DNA from: an uncultured delta proteobacterium
GTDB lineage: Bacteria; Desulfobacterota; RBG-13-43-22
Direction: 5' to 3'
Length of the DNA: 64,000 bases
NCBI GenBank assembly: GCA_963843145.1
Contig: CAWJJC010000027.1
Coordinates: forward strand, 320,001 to 384,000
The notes below the pieces were generated by a model that did not search any database, was not told where the DNA came from, and was given only the letters and a program-made list of their open reading frames with translations. Positions 31,788 through 42,368 of this stretch are shown one piece after another. A program made the translations under genes and the position numbers. How positions within the stretch are numbered: position 1 is the first letter of the stretch; each line of letters begins with the position of its first letter.

Positions 31788-31922
31788 TGATGGATTCGCC
31801 AATAGCCGTCACCCCGGTGAAAACCGGGGTCCAGTGATTTCATAACTAGTTGAATCTACTGGATTCCGACTTTTGTCGGAATGACGAAAGCGGTCTTTCG
31901 GTGACTTTTTGCGAAATCATCA
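31788..31922. mobile_element. MITE-like element with CTAA target duplication
   Basis: ctaa|TGATGGATTCGCCAATAGCC...GACTTTTTGCGAAATCATCA|ctaa, with an internal palindrome at 31807-31886. Confidence 0.7.
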
Positions 31923-31948
31923 CTAATTACCCGGCTATTTTTCTCGTT

Positions 31949-32541
31949 TTAAGAATGGCCTCTCCCCGGTTCTCTGAAGATTATTACCGACCGGTTGTGA
32001 TCTTGGCGGCTGCTCGGCGTCGGCGAAATGTTAATGCTGGCCGATCCGGTTGATCCCTGAAAGGTGACGTTGATGGACGCGGTACCCGGCGAAAAACCGG
32101 CAAAGAAATCGATAAAGGTCCGGCCGTTGCTTAAAACCCTATTGTCCGTGGTAATCGGCTGCCCGTAATCGTACCCGCTGCCGGTGGTTCGGAACCGGAA
32201 ACCGAAGGCCCCGTTGGAGCAGGTGATGAAAACGGTGGAATTGGGGGGGCCGGGGTACCCGAGGGATCGGTAACAGTAATCATCACCGTGGTGGTACTCA
32301 GCGTCGCCGGGATATCGGAGGAGGTGGAGGCAACGGACTGGAACATGTTCGATTGGGCCGGAGCCACCCCGACCACCCAGTGACCTTCAAAGTTGCCAGT
32401 ACCCCCCGAACCGCTTTGGGTCCCGCTGGAGCTGCTGGCGTTCTGGGTGCAGGACGAGAGCCCCAAAACGGTTGCCATCAGTAGCAGCCAGATCGAAAAT
32501 AGCGACATGGGGTTGGACGTCCCCCTATTTCTACACCGCAT
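31949..32541 (-). pseudogene. Lipoprotein with Ig-like (Big-1/invasin-type) region, frameshifted at a C7 run
   Basis: Lipobox LSSC, then ITVTDPSGTPAP. One extra C at 32243-32249 continues as NSTVFITCSNG...PGTASINVTFQG to TAA at 31949. Confidence 0.7.
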
Positions 32542-32692
32542 GGTTATACCCTCCTCGATTTCGGATCGTGGTCAAACGGAAAATCGGGTTACCCGGAAGA
32601 ATCGCCTGAACCCGCATATATTAATAACTTCTACAGAAATTTATCAAGTTATTTTTCTTCCTGGTCTAATTACCCGATAACGTTTGGAAGTG

Positions 32693-33250
32693 TCAGGAAA
32701 GACGATATTGTTTGAGCCCTTCTTCATACAGATCCCGCCCGAAGGTATCATTGATCACCAACGCCGGGAAATCCTCCACTACCAGGCGGCGAATGGCCTC
32801 GGGGCCCAGTTCCTCATAGGCGATTATTTCCGCAGACCGGATCGACCGGGAGATTAAGGCCCCGGCCCCGCCGGTCGCGCCTAGATAGACGGCCTTGTAC
32901 CGCGTCATGGCCTCCCGGACGGACGGCGCCCGTTTCCCCTTGCCGATCATTCCCTTAAGGCCGATTTCCATCAATCGCGGCGCATAGGGGTCCATGCGGT
33001 AACTGGTGGTCGGCCCGGCAGCCCCGATGACTCGGCCCGGCCTGGCCGGTGAGGGCCCTACATAATAGATAACCTGCCCTTGCATTTCAAACGGAAGGGC
33101 TTGGCCGGCATCCAATAGCTCGATCAGACGTTTGTGGGCGGCATCGCGGGCGGAGTAGATGATTCCGTTAAGGAACACCTTATCCCCGATTTCCAGCGAA
33201 GAGACCATGTCATCCGTTAGGGGAGTGGATAAGGTCACGGTTTTGGGCAT
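32693..33250 (-). CDS. Fe-S hydro-lyase (class I fumarate hydratase/tartrate dehydratase) beta subunit
   Basis: ARDAAHKR, GPTTSYRM, MIGKG, ELGPEAI. Confidence 0.95.
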   Translation of the reverse strand: MPKTVTLSTPLTDDMVSSLEIGDKVFLNGIIYSARDAAHKRLIELLDAGQALPFEMQGQVIYYVGPSPARPGRVIGAAGPTTSYRMDPYAPRLMEIGLKGMIGKGKRAPSVREAMTRYKAVYLGATGGAGALISRSIRSAEIIAYEELGPEAIRRLVVEDFPALVINDTFGRDLYEEGLKQYRLS

Positions 33251-33285
33251 GGGAAAAACTCCTTGGTGACGTTCATTGCAGAAAC

Positions 33286-33452
33286 CTAACCAAAAATATT
33301 TGCATTTTTGGTTAAAATTCGAAATCCGAATATCGAAATCCGAAACAAATTCAAATGATCAAATTTCAAAATTCAAAACGTTTTTGTTTCGATCATTTGG
33401 ATTTTGAACCTTCGTGCTTGTTTCGGATTTCGTGCTTCGAATTTCGAATTTA
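33286..33452. repeat. CTAACCAAAA...TTTTGGTTA hairpin plus CGAAAT heptamer hairpin element, copy B
   Basis: Same composite layout as 37325-37479. Confidence 0.9.
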
Positions 33453-33509
33453 TAAGTTCTCTTATTCAAACGGAAGAGATAACTGCTCAAATTAAAATTA
33501 CCTAAATAA

Positions 33510-34352
33510 CTATATAACGGCTTCTTTATGCCGACTGGCATGGCACTGAACATTGACCGCCACAGGCAGACTGGCAATGTGGCAAGGGAGCAGCCGGATG
33601 TGAACCCCTAAGGAAGTCGTCCTGCCGCCCAGACCCTGGGGACCGATACCCAGTTTATTGATCTCGGTCAGCAATTCCTTTTCCAAGTCATCCAATTCCG
33701 AATCGGGGTTGGGGCTTCCCAAAGGCCTCAACAGGGACTTTTTAGCCTGCAGCGCGGCCTGTTCAAAGGTTCCGCCTATCCCCACCCCGATAATAGTCGG
33801 GGGGCAGGGATTGGGACCGGCGTCTTTAACCGTCTCCAGAACCCGCTCTTTCATTCCGGCCAGACCGGCGGAGGGCGGCAGCATGAACAGCCGGCTCATA
33901 TTCTCGCTTCCCCCTCCCTTAGGCACGACCATAACCTTGACTTGGTCCCCGGGAACAATATCGATATAAATTACCGCCGGCGTGTTGTCCCCGGTATTGG
34001 CCCGGGTAAAAGGATGGCAGGAGGACTTTCGCAAATATCCCTCCCCGTACCCTTCCCGGACCCCCTGATTCACCGCCTCCTTCAAGTCCCCGCCCACCAG
34101 GTGGACCTCCTGCCCGATTTCCAGGAAAATGACCGCCAGGCCGGTATCCTGGCAGATGGGGACATGTTCCTCCCGGGCCAGGCGGGCGTTTTCTATCAAT
34201 TGGGCCAGAATTTCCTTCCCCACGGGTGAAACTTCGTTTTTGAGGGCCTTCTGAAAGCCCAGGAGGACATCTTCACCAAGCTGCTCGTTGGCCTCAATGC
34301 TAAGCCGTTTGACCGCGTCGCTTATTTCTCGGGTATTGATTTCTCTGACCAT
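33510..34352 (-). CDS. Fe-S hydro-lyase (class I fumarate hydratase/tartrate dehydratase) alpha subunit
   Basis: PICQDTG, KGGGSEN, NPCPP, GIGPQGLGG, VQCHA. Confidence 0.95.
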   Translation of the reverse strand: MVREINTREISDAVKRLSIEANEQLGEDVLLGFQKALKNEVSPVGKEILAQLIENARLAREEHVPICQDTGLAVIFLEIGQEVHLVGGDLKEAVNQGVREGYGEGYLRKSSCHPFTRANTGDNTPAVIYIDIVPGDQVKVMVVPKGGGSENMSRLFMLPPSAGLAGMKERVLETVKDAGPNPCPPTIIGVGIGGTFEQAALQAKKSLLRPLGSPNPDSELDDLEKELLTEINKLGIGPQGLGGRTTSLGVHIRLLPCHIASLPVAVNVQCHASRHKEAVI

Positions 34353-34532
34353 GATCGGCAATCCTCATAACCTCGCAAAAAGTCAAAAAACGACTTTCTG
34401 TCTTTATGTTTGATGAATTTGATTTATTGTTATAATGTTGGTGAAACCCTGTCAACAGCAAACTACTCGCCAGGCGATCGGCTTGGGGCAAAAGGCCCGA
34501 GAAGCAATGGCAAAGGACGAAATGTAAGGTTG

Positions 34533-35327
34533 ATGAAACCTGATCCCCATAATCCGAACAGCGAAAAACCGTCCGTTTTGGTAACCAATGATGACGGCAT
34601 CCATGCCCGGGGATTGGAAGTTTTGGCCCGGGCGCTGGAAAAGGATTACCGGGTTCTAATCGTCGCTCCGGAGGTGGAGCAAAGCGCCGTGGGGCACGCC
34701 CTCACCTTGACCCAACCCCTCCGGGTCAAAAAGGTTAAGAAAAACGGGAATTTTTTCGGTTACGGGGTAAATGGGACTCCGGCCGACTGCGTAAAGATCG
34801 CTTTGAATGAATTGCTGATCCCTCCCCCTCGGTTACTGGTTTCGGGAATCAATCTGGGAGCCAACGTGGGTATCAATGTCATTTATTCCGGGACGGTCTC
34901 CGCGGCTACCGAGGGGGCCATGATGGGACTCTCCTCCCTGGCCATATCCCTGGATTCCGATCAATCACCGGACTTCCGGGCAGCCGCCGAGATAGGCCGC
35001 CGCTTGGTGAATTATCTCGATCGTAACCCGCTTCCCAGCGGGATTTCCTTAAACTGTAACGTACCGGATCGTCCTCTGGCCGAACTCCGGGGCATCCGCC
35101 TGGTACGCCAGGGGACCTTCCGTTTTTTGGAAAAATTTGATAAACGGGTAGATCCCCGGGAAAACATCTACTACTGGCAGGCCGGAAGTCTCCCCTCGCC
35201 GGACGAAGCTCCGGACACCGACCACGCCCTGCTGGCCGGGGGATACGTCACCCTGACCCCTATTGGGTATGACCTGACCCATTATCCCTCCCTGGAGCTG
35301 CTCCGAGGGTTGGAGGCGCTGGGATAG
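34533..35327 (+). CDS. surE: 5'/3'-nucleotidase SurE
   Basis: LVTNDDG, GTPADCV, SGINLGAN, YSGTVSAA. Confidence 0.96.
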   Translation: MKPDPHNPNSEKPSVLVTNDDGIHARGLEVLARALEKDYRVLIVAPEVEQSAVGHALTLTQPLRVKKVKKNGNFFGYGVNGTPADCVKIALNELLIPPPRLLVSGINLGANVGINVIYSGTVSAATEGAMMGLSSLAISLDSDQSPDFRAAAEIGRRLVNYLDRNPLPSGISLNCNVPDRPLAELRGIRLVRQGTFRFLEKFDKRVDPRENIYYWQAGSLPSPDEAPDTDHALLAGGYVTLTPIGYDLTHYPSLELLRGLEALG

Positions 35328-35408
35328 TATGGAACTAAGCGAACCGGTTAATAATTAACAATTGATTATTGATTATTAATAATTTGCCTTTCCAAAGGAC
35401 CTATTGAT

Positions 35409-37328
35409 ATGAAACAGATCATTCTAGGGACTGCCGGACATATCGATCATGGGAAAACCAGCCTGGTCAAAGCCCTGACCGGGATCGATACCGACCGGCT
35501 GAAAGAAGAAAAAGAACGGGGCATCACCATTGAATTGGGCTTCGCCCATTTGGACCTGCCCCATGGCCAGCGTCTGGGAATCATCGATGTTCCGGGTCAC
35601 GAACGCTTCATCAAAAATATGGTGGCCGGGGCCAGCACCATCGATATGGTGACCATGATCATCGCCGCCGATGAGGGGGTCATGCCACAGACCCGGGAAC
35701 ACATGGACATCTGCACCCTCCTGGGAATCAATAAGGGCCTGGTGGCCTTAACCAAAATCGATATGGTCGATGAGGAATGGCTGGAACTGGTCACGGAAGA
35801 TATACGGGAATTCTTAAAAGGGACCTTTCTGGAGGGCGCGCCCATCCTCCCGGTTTCCTCCACTACCGGGCAAGGGGTTCCGGAATTCATCCGGGTACTC
35901 GAGACCCTATCCGCCGAAGTGGAAGAACGGTCGGCCGCCGGAATTTTTCGCCTCCCCGTGGACCGAGTCTTTACCATGAAGGGTTTTGGAACCGTGATTA
36001 CCGGAACCGCCATTTCGGGTTCTTTGGCCGTGGGGGACGCGGTGACCATTTATCCCCAGCAGATTCAGGCCAAAGTCCGAGGCATTCAGGTCCACAATCA
36101 AGAGGCGGAACAGGTTCGAGCCGGGCTGCGGACAGCCATTAACCTCCAGGGTATTGAAAAAACCACGGTCAACCGGGGAGATGTGGTGGCCTCGCTAAAC
36201 GGAATGCTTCCCACCCGGCTGCTTGATATCCGCCTGTCCCTGCTGAAGTCCGCCACTAAACCCCTCAAACACCGAGCCCAGGTCCGTTTTCACAGCGGCA
36301 CCAATGAAATTTTGGGCCGGGTGCTCTTGCTGGAAGGAGACGAGATCAAACCCGGCGAATCCCAATTCTGTCAAATCCGGCTGGATGACCCGGTGGCCGT
36401 CCTGCCCAGCGACCTGGCGGTCATCCGCAGTTATTCTCCGGTCCATACCATCGGCGGCGCTCGGGTCTTGAACGTATCTCCGGGAAAACACAAACGCCTG
36501 AATCCGGAGGTCTTGAACCAATTACAGGTCCTGGAATCGGGATCGGATTTGGATAAAACGGCCCTGCCGGTGCTATTGGCCGGAGCCGCCGGTCTTTCCC
36601 GGTCGAACCTGGGCCGGGGCCTGCCTCTCCCGGCTAAGAAATTGGAGGACCTGCTGAAAGAACTCCTTTCCCAACGGATCCTGATCCAATGGGACAAGGA
36701 AAACCGCATCCTGATTCACCAACAGGAATACGCCAAACTGGTACAATCCATTGAAGCCATGCTGGAGGAATATCACCGGGCCAACCCCTTGAAACCCGGT
36801 TTGCTCAAAGAGGAGTTAAAATCCCGACTCCCGCAGATTAAAGAAACCAAGCTCTTCAATTTCCTCTTGAATCAACTGGCCGACCAGGGGGTCCTGGTCC
36901 AGGAAAAAGAACTGGTCCGCCTTAAATCCCACAAAGTCCAGCTCAAGGAGGACCAAGAGGCGGCCCGGGAGGCCATCGAACAAATCTATTTAAAGAGTGG
37001 GCTCGAACCCCCTTATTTCAAAGACTTGGTCGAAAAATTCCCCAAGGGGAATCCCCGGGAAGTATTGGAATTGATGGTCAAGGAAGGGAAACTGGTCAAG
37101 GTCAAAGAGGACCTCTACTTCCATAGTCAGGCCATTGAGGGAATCAAGAAAAAACTGGTCCTCTGGCTCAAAGAAAAAAGGGAGCTCACCACTCCGGAGT
37201 TCAAGGAAATGACTCAGACCTCGAGGAAATACACCATCCCCCTATTGGAATACTTTGACAGTACACAAGTCACCATTCGGGTAGAGGATAAACGCATCCT
37301 CAGAGAAACTAGGGAAGCCCACGCCTAA
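35409..37328 (+). CDS. selB: Selenocysteine-specific elongation factor
   Basis: [28 protein letters not shown] and a winged-helix C-terminus ([13 protein letters not shown]). Confidence 0.97.
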   Translation: MKQIILGTAGHIDHGKTSLVKALTGIDTDRLKEEKERGITIELGFAHLDLPHGQRLGIIDVPGHERFIKNMVAGASTIDMVTMIIAADEGVMPQTREHMDICTLLGINKGLVALTKIDMVDEEWLELVTEDIREFLKGTFLEGAPILPVSSTTGQGVPEFIRVLETLSAEVEERSAAGIFRLPVDRVFTMKGFGTVITGTAISGSLAVGDAVTIYPQQIQAKVRGIQVHNQEAEQVRAGLRTAINLQGIEKTTVNRGDVVASLNGMLPTRLLDIRLSLLKSATKPLKHRAQVRFHSGTNEILGRVLLLEGDEIKPGESQFCQIRLDDPVAVLPSDLAVIRSYSPVHTIGGARVLNVSPGKHKRLNPEVLNQLQVLESGSDLDKTALPVLLAGAAGLSRSNLGRGLPLPAKKLEDLLKELLSQRILIQWDKENRILIHQQEYAKLVQSIEAMLEEYHRANPLKPGLLKEELKSRLPQIKETKLFNFLLNQLADQGVLVQEKELVRLKSHKVQLKEDQEAAREAIEQIYLKSGLEPPYFKDLVEKFPKGNPREVLELMVKEGKLVKVKEDLYFHSQAIEGIKKKLVLWLKEKRELTTPEFKEMTQTSRKYTIPLLEYFDSTQVTIRVEDKRILRETREAHA

Positions 37329-37479
37329 CCAAAAATTTCTAAATTTTTGGTTAGAAATTCGAAACTCGAAACTCGAAACAAATTCAAATGACCAAATTTC
37401 AAAATTCGAAACGTTTTGATCATTTGTATTTTGGACTTTCGTGCTTGTTTCGAATTTCGTGCTTCGAATTTCGGATTTA
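37325..37479. repeat. CTAACC hairpin plus CGAAA heptamer hairpin element, copy C
   Basis: Closely similar to copy B; overlaps the selB stop. Confidence 0.9.
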
Positions 37480-37540
37480 TAGATCCTACCTGGGGGCCTC
37501 CAGCAAATGAGTTATCACAAATGACCAGGGATATTTTTTA

Positions 37541-38845
37541 ATGCCTTCCCCCCGCCTGTCTGCGCTTACGGGGAAAGTCAAGAGGCTTAATAACCGTCTC
37601 CGCTTTCTCTTTTCCTCGGACCGGTCCTTCCTAACCCAGGTTTACAGGGAAATCCTTGGCCGTCCGCCGGATGAGGAAGGTCTCAATCATTTTCTCCCTT
37701 TTCTAGAAGGCGGAGAAAGCCGCCTGGAGGTCATCCTGGCGCTGACCCGTTCCGAAGAATTTTATCAAAAATCCCTCCGGGAACTCACCACCGCAGGACA
37801 AAACCTGGCTTTCCTGAAAGAAACCTATCAGCGACTATTTGGACGAACAATTGATGAGGAAGGTCTCAAGAAATACAGTCGTCTCCTGCTGCAAGGAACT
37901 AGAAGGGAAGAGATTATTTTTGAACTGATATCCTCGGAGGAATGGGTCAGTAAAATTTTACAGGACCACATAAGGTTGAAGAATATCAGCATCCTCAAAC
38001 CTTCCCAATATCTCGCGGATATCAACCTGATGACCTCGGAACCCCTGACGACCTTCAAGATTTTGGGCCCACAGGATTTCGATTGGCTGGAAACCATGAT
38101 CCGGCAAAACGATTATTACGAACGTCCAGGGATCTGGGGATATGGATTGGATTCAGATAAACAACGGATCGCCGAGATGGCGGGCGAATTTTCTCCTCAG
38201 CAAGTCTTGGAGATCGGCTGTTCCAGCGGAGCTATTCTGAAGGCTCTTTATGACCGGGGCGTCGAAGGCGAGGGCGTTGAAATCAGCGCCATGGCCATTC
38301 GACGGGCTTTTCCGGAGATCAAAGATAAAATCCATGAAGGGGACCTCCTGGAAATTCAATTGTCCGCCGGCTATGACCTCGTTTTGGGTTTGGATATCTT
38401 CGAACATCTAAACCCTAAAAAGATAAACCAGTATATTCGGGCCCTCATGGATCTATCAAGGAAGGGGGGCTATTTTCTTTGCAACATCCCGGCCTTTGGG
38501 CAGGATTCGGTTTTCGGAACTGTTTTTCCTTTGTACCTCAAGGATTGGGAAGAGTCGGGACACCTTTTTCAAACGCTGCCGGTGGATGAGTCCGGCTACC
38601 CCCTCCATGGACATCTGATCTGGGCCGACACCCACTGGTGGACGGACCAATTTCTACAGGCAGGTCTGGTGCGGGAAATTGAAATCGAAAAAGCCCTTCA
38701 TCAAAAATACGACCCTTATTTTGATCAAACCGCTCCGGCCCGGAGGTCTTTTTATATCTTTTCCAAACAGGGCGACCCGAACCGAAAGCAGGAAATCATC
38801 GAAACCATTCAAACGCGACCATCCCCGGTTCTCGGTGGATCATAA
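37541..38845 (+). CDS. Class I SAM methyltransferase with two N-terminal DUF4214-like repeats
   Basis: FL...Y..(I/L)(L/F)GR..DEEGL occurs twice; VLEIGCSSG, GVEIS, DIFEHL. Confidence 0.85.
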   Translation: MPSPRLSALTGKVKRLNNRLRFLFSSDRSFLTQVYREILGRPPDEEGLNHFLPFLEGGESRLEVILALTRSEEFYQKSLRELTTAGQNLAFLKETYQRLFGRTIDEEGLKKYSRLLLQGTRREEIIFELISSEEWVSKILQDHIRLKNISILKPSQYLADINLMTSEPLTTFKILGPQDFDWLETMIRQNDYYERPGIWGYGLDSDKQRIAEMAGEFSPQQVLEIGCSSGAILKALYDRGVEGEGVEISAMAIRRAFPEIKDKIHEGDLLEIQLSAGYDLVLGLDIFEHLNPKKINQYIRALMDLSRKGGYFLCNIPAFGQDSVFGTVFPLYLKDWEESGHLFQTLPVDESGYPLHGHLIWADTHWWTDQFLQAGLVREIEIEKALHQKYDPYFDQTAPARRSFYIFSKQGDPNRKQEIIETIQTRPSPVLGGS

Positions 38846-39039
38846 GCGAGTTTGGAATTAAGGATGGCCATCTTCTGGGGTTCCGAAATAATCAAATCAA
38901 ATTCCCCATTCTCTTGCAGAAGGCGGATAGCCGTCTTCAAAGGGACGGTTGATCTAATACTGGTTCTCTCCCCCAGGATGAAGTAAACGATTTGATAAGC
39001 AGGATCGATATGCAAAATCCTTCTGGTTTTTCTCACCAC
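38809..39039 (-). CDS. Small hypothetical protein, degenerate receiver-like
   Basis: GGGGGGA RBS with GTG start; RILHID...AIRLL....FDLIISE. Confidence 0.5.
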   Translation of the reverse strand: MVRKTRRILHIDPAYQIVYFILGERTSIRSTVPLKTAIRLLQENGEFDLIISEPQKMAILNSKLAYDPPRTGDGRV

Positions 39040-39050
39040 AGTGTCCCCCC

Positions 39051-39312
39051 TTACCTTATCATTTGAAAGGCCTTTAATTCTCCTTCCTGCTGTGCAGGCC
39101 GGGTGAGCTGGTTGCGGATACCCACCACCTTGATCGTCTTTTCAATCAGGGCACTGGTATTTTTAACCGCCTCGGCCGCTCGCCTGGCCAGGTTTCGGAC
39201 CTCATCGGCCACTTCGGCAATACCGACGCCGGCCTCTCCGGCCCGGGTCGCTTCCACCGCAGCGTTCAGGGCCAGGAGATTGGTCTGCAAGGCGATCTCA
39301 TCAATAATTGGA
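39051..39312 (-). pseudogene. Methyl-accepting chemotaxis protein signalling-domain fragment
   Basis: [27 protein letters not shown]...VADEVRNLA with no upstream domains. Confidence 0.88.
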
Positions 39313-39335
39313 AACCTAGACTTTTATTTCTATTA

Positions 39336-39352
39336 TTCAAGAACGGTGCCAT
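39336..39352 (-). promoter_or_regulatory. Putative sigma-54 promoter directly upstream of the MCP fragment
   Basis: Minus strand TGGCACCGTTCTTGAA = TGGCAC-N5-TTGA. Confidence 0.6.
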
Positions 39353-39642
39353 ATTATTTATTTAATTAATTTGATTGGTTATAATTCCAATAGAAAAACA
39401 GGCGGGTAAATAGACGGCAAAATATTGACGGAACTGTCAGTTTTTCCTACAGCGTAAGGAGCAGAAAATCGCAGAGAGTTTGACCGAGAGGTCTAAGTGG
39501 ACAGGCTATTTCATCGAGCACCTAATCCCCGGGGGCTTGAGCAATAAAAGACACTTGATGATTAGTCCTACAAAAATTATAGCAGGACAAAGGATTCAGA
39601 TATCGGAAAATAAATTGAAAAAGATGTCGGTCCCGTTACCGT

Positions 39643-40557
39643 TTATCCGATCAGGGTCCCGATCAGGTCGTCTATCTTGGAAATCCCCTGGTCCGTTAAA
39701 AATCGTCTTATTCCCTCGATGATTTCGAGACCCGCGGTGGGGCGGATAAAATTGGCAGTCCCGACCTGAACGGCCTGGGCGCCTACCATGAGAAATTCCA
39801 GGGCATCTTCGGCGGTCCGGATCCCCCCCAGACCGATCACCGGTATTTTCACCGCCTTCGCGGCCAGGTAAACCAGGCGCAGGGCCACCGGCTTGACGGC
39901 CGGCCCGGAAAGCCCCCCGCTGATCCGGCCCAACCTGGATTTTCGGGTTCGGATATCCACGGCCATGGCCGGTAGCGTATTAATCAAGGAAAGGGCATCG
40001 GAGCCGGCCTCCTCCACCGCCCGGGCGATCAAACCGATATCGGTCACCTGAGGGGTCAACTTGGTAATTAAAGGGAGGGTCGTAGCCTGCCGTACGCTGG
40101 AGACCACTTTGGCCGCCAACCGAGGATCGGCTCCGAAGGCCAGCCCCCCCCGGGACACGTTGGGACAGGAAATATTGAGTTCCAGGGCGGCGATACCGGA
40201 CAGCCCGTCCAGGTGCCGGGCCACTTCCGGATATTCTTTCAGGGAATGGCCGAGGATGTTGACGATGACCGGAATATCCAGACCGGCCAAAAAGGGCAGT
40301 TTATCCCGGATAAAGGCTTCCACTCCCACGTTCTCGAGACCGATGGCATTCAACATGCCGCCCGCCGTTTCATAAATCCGGGGCGGCGGATTGCCGGCCA
40401 GGGGCTCCAGCGATATGCCTTTGGTGACCAGGGCGCCCAAACGGTTCAAATCGAAAAAGGGTTGATATTCCCGTCCGTAGCCGAAGGTGCCGGAAGCGGT
40501 CATGACCGGGTTCTTCATTCGGAGTCCGGCGATATTCACCGTCAGGTCGGGGACCAT
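39643..40557 (-). CDS. pyrD: Dihydroorotate dehydrogenase (family 1B), catalytic subunit
   Basis: NPVMTASGT, NAIGLEN, ELNISCPN, GGLSGPA. Confidence 0.96.
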   Translation of the reverse strand: MVPDLTVNIAGLRMKNPVMTASGTFGYGREYQPFFDLNRLGALVTKGISLEPLAGNPPPRIYETAGGMLNAIGLENVGVEAFIRDKLPFLAGLDIPVIVNILGHSLKEYPEVARHLDGLSGIAALELNISCPNVSRGGLAFGADPRLAAKVVSSVRQATTLPLITKLTPQVTDIGLIARAVEEAGSDALSLINTLPAMAVDIRTRKSRLGRISGGLSGPAVKPVALRLVYLAAKAVKIPVIGLGGIRTAEDALEFLMVGAQAVQVGTANFIRPTAGLEIIEGIRRFLTDQGISKIDDLIGTLIG

Positions 40558-40561
40558 GGAT

Positions 40562-41359
40562 TTACGCATCCCAGGCCACCTCTTGGGCCGCGAAGACCGG
40601 TCCATCCTGGCATACCTTGGCATAGCTCAGTCCGCCGGCAGTTGGGCGGGCCACCGAACAGCCCAAACAGGCCCCCAGTCCGCAGGCCATCCGGGCTTCC
40701 AGGGAAACCTGGCAAGGAACGTTTCTGGCGGCAGCCCAGGAAGCCAGGGCCCGCAGCATCCCTTGGGGACCGCAGGTGTAAATCACGGCTCGATCGAGAC
40801 CTTTGGCCGACACCCCTTTCAACAGGTCGGTGACCAACCCTTGCCGGCCGAAGGACCCGTCTTCCGTGACCGACTGCACCCGGAGGCCCATTTCTTTGAA
40901 TTCCCCGAGAACCAGCAGTTCCTTTTTGGAACCGGCTCCGATCATCACCCGGGGTGGGGCGAAGGTTTTGCCTCTACGCATTTTCATAAGCCGCTGAGCC
41001 AGAAAAAACAGCGGGGCCACGCCGATACCGCCGGCCACCAGGATGGGATCCTTTTCGGGATCCAATACGAACCCCCGGCCCAGGGGACCCTTGATCTCTA
41101 AGACCTCCCCGGGATTCAGTCCGCACAGTTGTCGAGTCCCCGGACCGGAGGCCCGGATCAGGAGATCGATCCGATTCCCTTGAAGGCGATGAATGGAAAT
41201 AGGCCGCGGCAGAAGAGGCTCCGAAAATTTCCTCGGACGGATCATCACAAACTGCCCCGGCTGGGCTTCCCGGGCGATTTCCTTCGATAGAAAACTCACC
41301 CGAAAAACCGCCGAAGTAACGGGTTCTATCTTCTTTATAGGAATTTCCTGGAAGAACAT
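40562..41359 (-). CDS. pyrK: Dihydroorotate dehydrogenase electron transfer subunit
   Basis: PGQFVM, RPIS, AGGIG, CGP, MACGLGACLGC...VCQDGPVF. Confidence 0.96.
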   Translation of the reverse strand: MFFQEIPIKKIEPVTSAVFRVSFLSKEIAREAQPGQFVMIRPRKFSEPLLPRPISIHRLQGNRIDLLIRASGPGTRQLCGLNPGEVLEIKGPLGRGFVLDPEKDPILVAGGIGVAPLFFLAQRLMKMRRGKTFAPPRVMIGAGSKKELLVLGEFKEMGLRVQSVTEDGSFGRQGLVTDLLKGVSAKGLDRAVIYTCGPQGMLRALASWAAARNVPCQVSLEARMACGLGACLGCSVARPTAGGLSYAKVCQDGPVFAAQEVAWDA

Positions 41360-41373
41360 AAAGTCCAAAGACA

Positions 41374-41549
41374 TTTGACAGGATCAACAGGATGGACATG
41401 ATTTTTTGCCCATACATTTAGACAGGATAAATTTTCCTGCGGAGCCGGGCCAAAACTAATAATTCCACCGCCGGAGGCTGATGGCTGTTTTCCTCGTTTC
41501 TTCCGGAAACGGGGAAAAATATCTTGTTCATCCTGTAGATCCTGTCAAA
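41374..41549. repeat. Inverted repeat element built from 9-mer ACAGGAT units
   Basis: tgacaggat caacaggat ggacatgat ... atcttgttc atcctgtag atcctgtca. Confidence 0.85.
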
Positions 41550-41576
41550 AAGTCTTTCCTTTCTTTCGATCGCCTA

Positions 41577-42368
41577 TCAAATCTCCAACAACCCGATCAC
41601 ACTCCCGAACCGCCCAGTCACCTTTTCCTTCCGGTAGGAATAGAATTCATCCGTATGGCAGGAGGTACAGATCCCGGCGACGGCAATATTTTCGTTTCTC
41701 ACCCCGGCGGCCAGCAACTGGTCCCGGCTCCACTGCCAGAGATCAAAGTAAAAGGGCCGGACCTGGTACTGCCAGGCCTCTTCCGGCAATTCTTTTCGGT
41801 AATGGATGAATTCAGCGCAACAGGGTCCCAGAGAAGGGCCTACGGCGGCGAGCAGGTCGGCCGGATCGGTCCCAAAAAAAGCCCGCATTTGTTTTATCCC
41901 TTCCGGAATCACCCCCCGGACGTTTCCCCGCCAGCCGCAGTGCATATTGGCCAGGGCTTTATGGCGCGGATCAGAGAGCATGACCGCCTGGCAATCGGCC
42001 TGCTTGATCAGCAGACCGACCCCGGGTCTGTCCGTCAGGAGGATGTCCCCGGATTCGGTTTCCGGAGTTTTCGTCAGGTCCGGCCCCCGGCCGTTGGAAA
42101 TGATAACCGCTTGCGTTCCATGGACCTGCCTCAGGGAAACGATCGACCGCAACGCCAGTGAGTCCCGAACCCGAATTCGGTTGTCGGCCACCTTTTTCGG
42201 CTGATCGCCCACCGAGAAACTCAGATTTAAACCGCGCAGGTCACCCGCGCTCTCCCCGCCTCGGCGGGTGAATACACCATGCACCAGACCGGGGACGGAT
42301 TGAAGCATCGGGAACTGATATAAAACCAGGTTTTCTTTTTCCCGACGAATTAAGGGTGAATTGCCCAT
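41577..42368 (-). CDS. pgeF: YfiH/PgeF family protein (laccase-like domain, purine nucleoside phosphorylase)
   Basis: HGVFTRRGG, QVHG, ADC, HCGWRG, GPSLGPCC, CTSC...FYSYR. Confidence 0.93.
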   Translation of the reverse strand: MGNSPLIRREKENLVLYQFPMLQSVPGLVHGVFTRRGGESAGDLRGLNLSFSVGDQPKKVADNRIRVRDSLALRSIVSLRQVHGTQAVIISNGRGPDLTKTPETESGDILLTDRPGVGLLIKQADCQAVMLSDPRHKALANMHCGWRGNVRGVIPEGIKQMRAFFGTDPADLLAAVGPSLGPCCAEFIHYRKELPEEAWQYQVRPFYFDLWQWSRDQLLAAGVRNENIAVAGICTSCHTDEFYSYRKEKVTGRFGSVIGLLEI

